Shown here one piece after another: positions 63,876 through 64,000 of a stretch of DNA of 64,000 nucleotides. The translations under genes and the position numbers were made by a program. The stretch lies in contig OX597817.1 in the NCBI GenBank assembly GCA_951406725.2, positions 104,780,001 through 104,844,000 of the forward strand, given 5' to 3'. Each line of letters begins with the position of its first letter. Position 1 is the first letter of the stretch. Below the pieces are notes generated by a model that was not told the origin of the DNA, did not search any database, and saw only the letters and a list, made by a program, of their open reading frames with translations. This DNA comes from Octopus vulgaris. Its lineage: Eukaryota.

Positions 63876-64000
63876 GAGGCAAAATTTAAAATGTTGATAC
63901 CTTAGAAAACTCATCTCTCTATGTAGAAAGTCTATATGTCTATTCTGGTATCATTCTTTTACTTGTTTCAGTCATTAGACAGCAGCCATGAATAATTTTT

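Overview
AT-rich eukaryotic DNA, most likely a coleoid cephalopod (Octopus-like; inferred from the SINE/MITE repertoire and microsatellite density, not verified). It holds two same-strand (+) intron-containing genes. The first is a complete UMAD1-like gene (coding exons 7123-7308 and 10143-10460, 167 aa). The second is a GLCCI1/FAM117-family gene with five recognisable exons (31160-63472) that runs off the right end. This UMAD1->GLCCI1 order and orientation matches human 7p21.3. The remainder is mostly transposon-derived: tRNA-derived SINEs, RTE and R4/Dong LINE relics, Helitrons (non-autonomous, composite, and a decayed Rep/Hel copy), a mariner relic, and piggyBac- and hAT-type MITEs. The most notable unexplained signal is a tandem pair of minimal type I hammerhead ribozyme motifs on the - strand at ~1871-2055, one with a nearly complete catalytic core, plus further decayed hammerhead motifs. 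Also notable are a young head-to-head SINE pair able to form ~400 bp of intronic dsRNA and a 36-bp array built from fused transposon termini. Most entries in the ORF track are artefacts of repeats. All identifications are by eye, and repeat boundaries are approximate.
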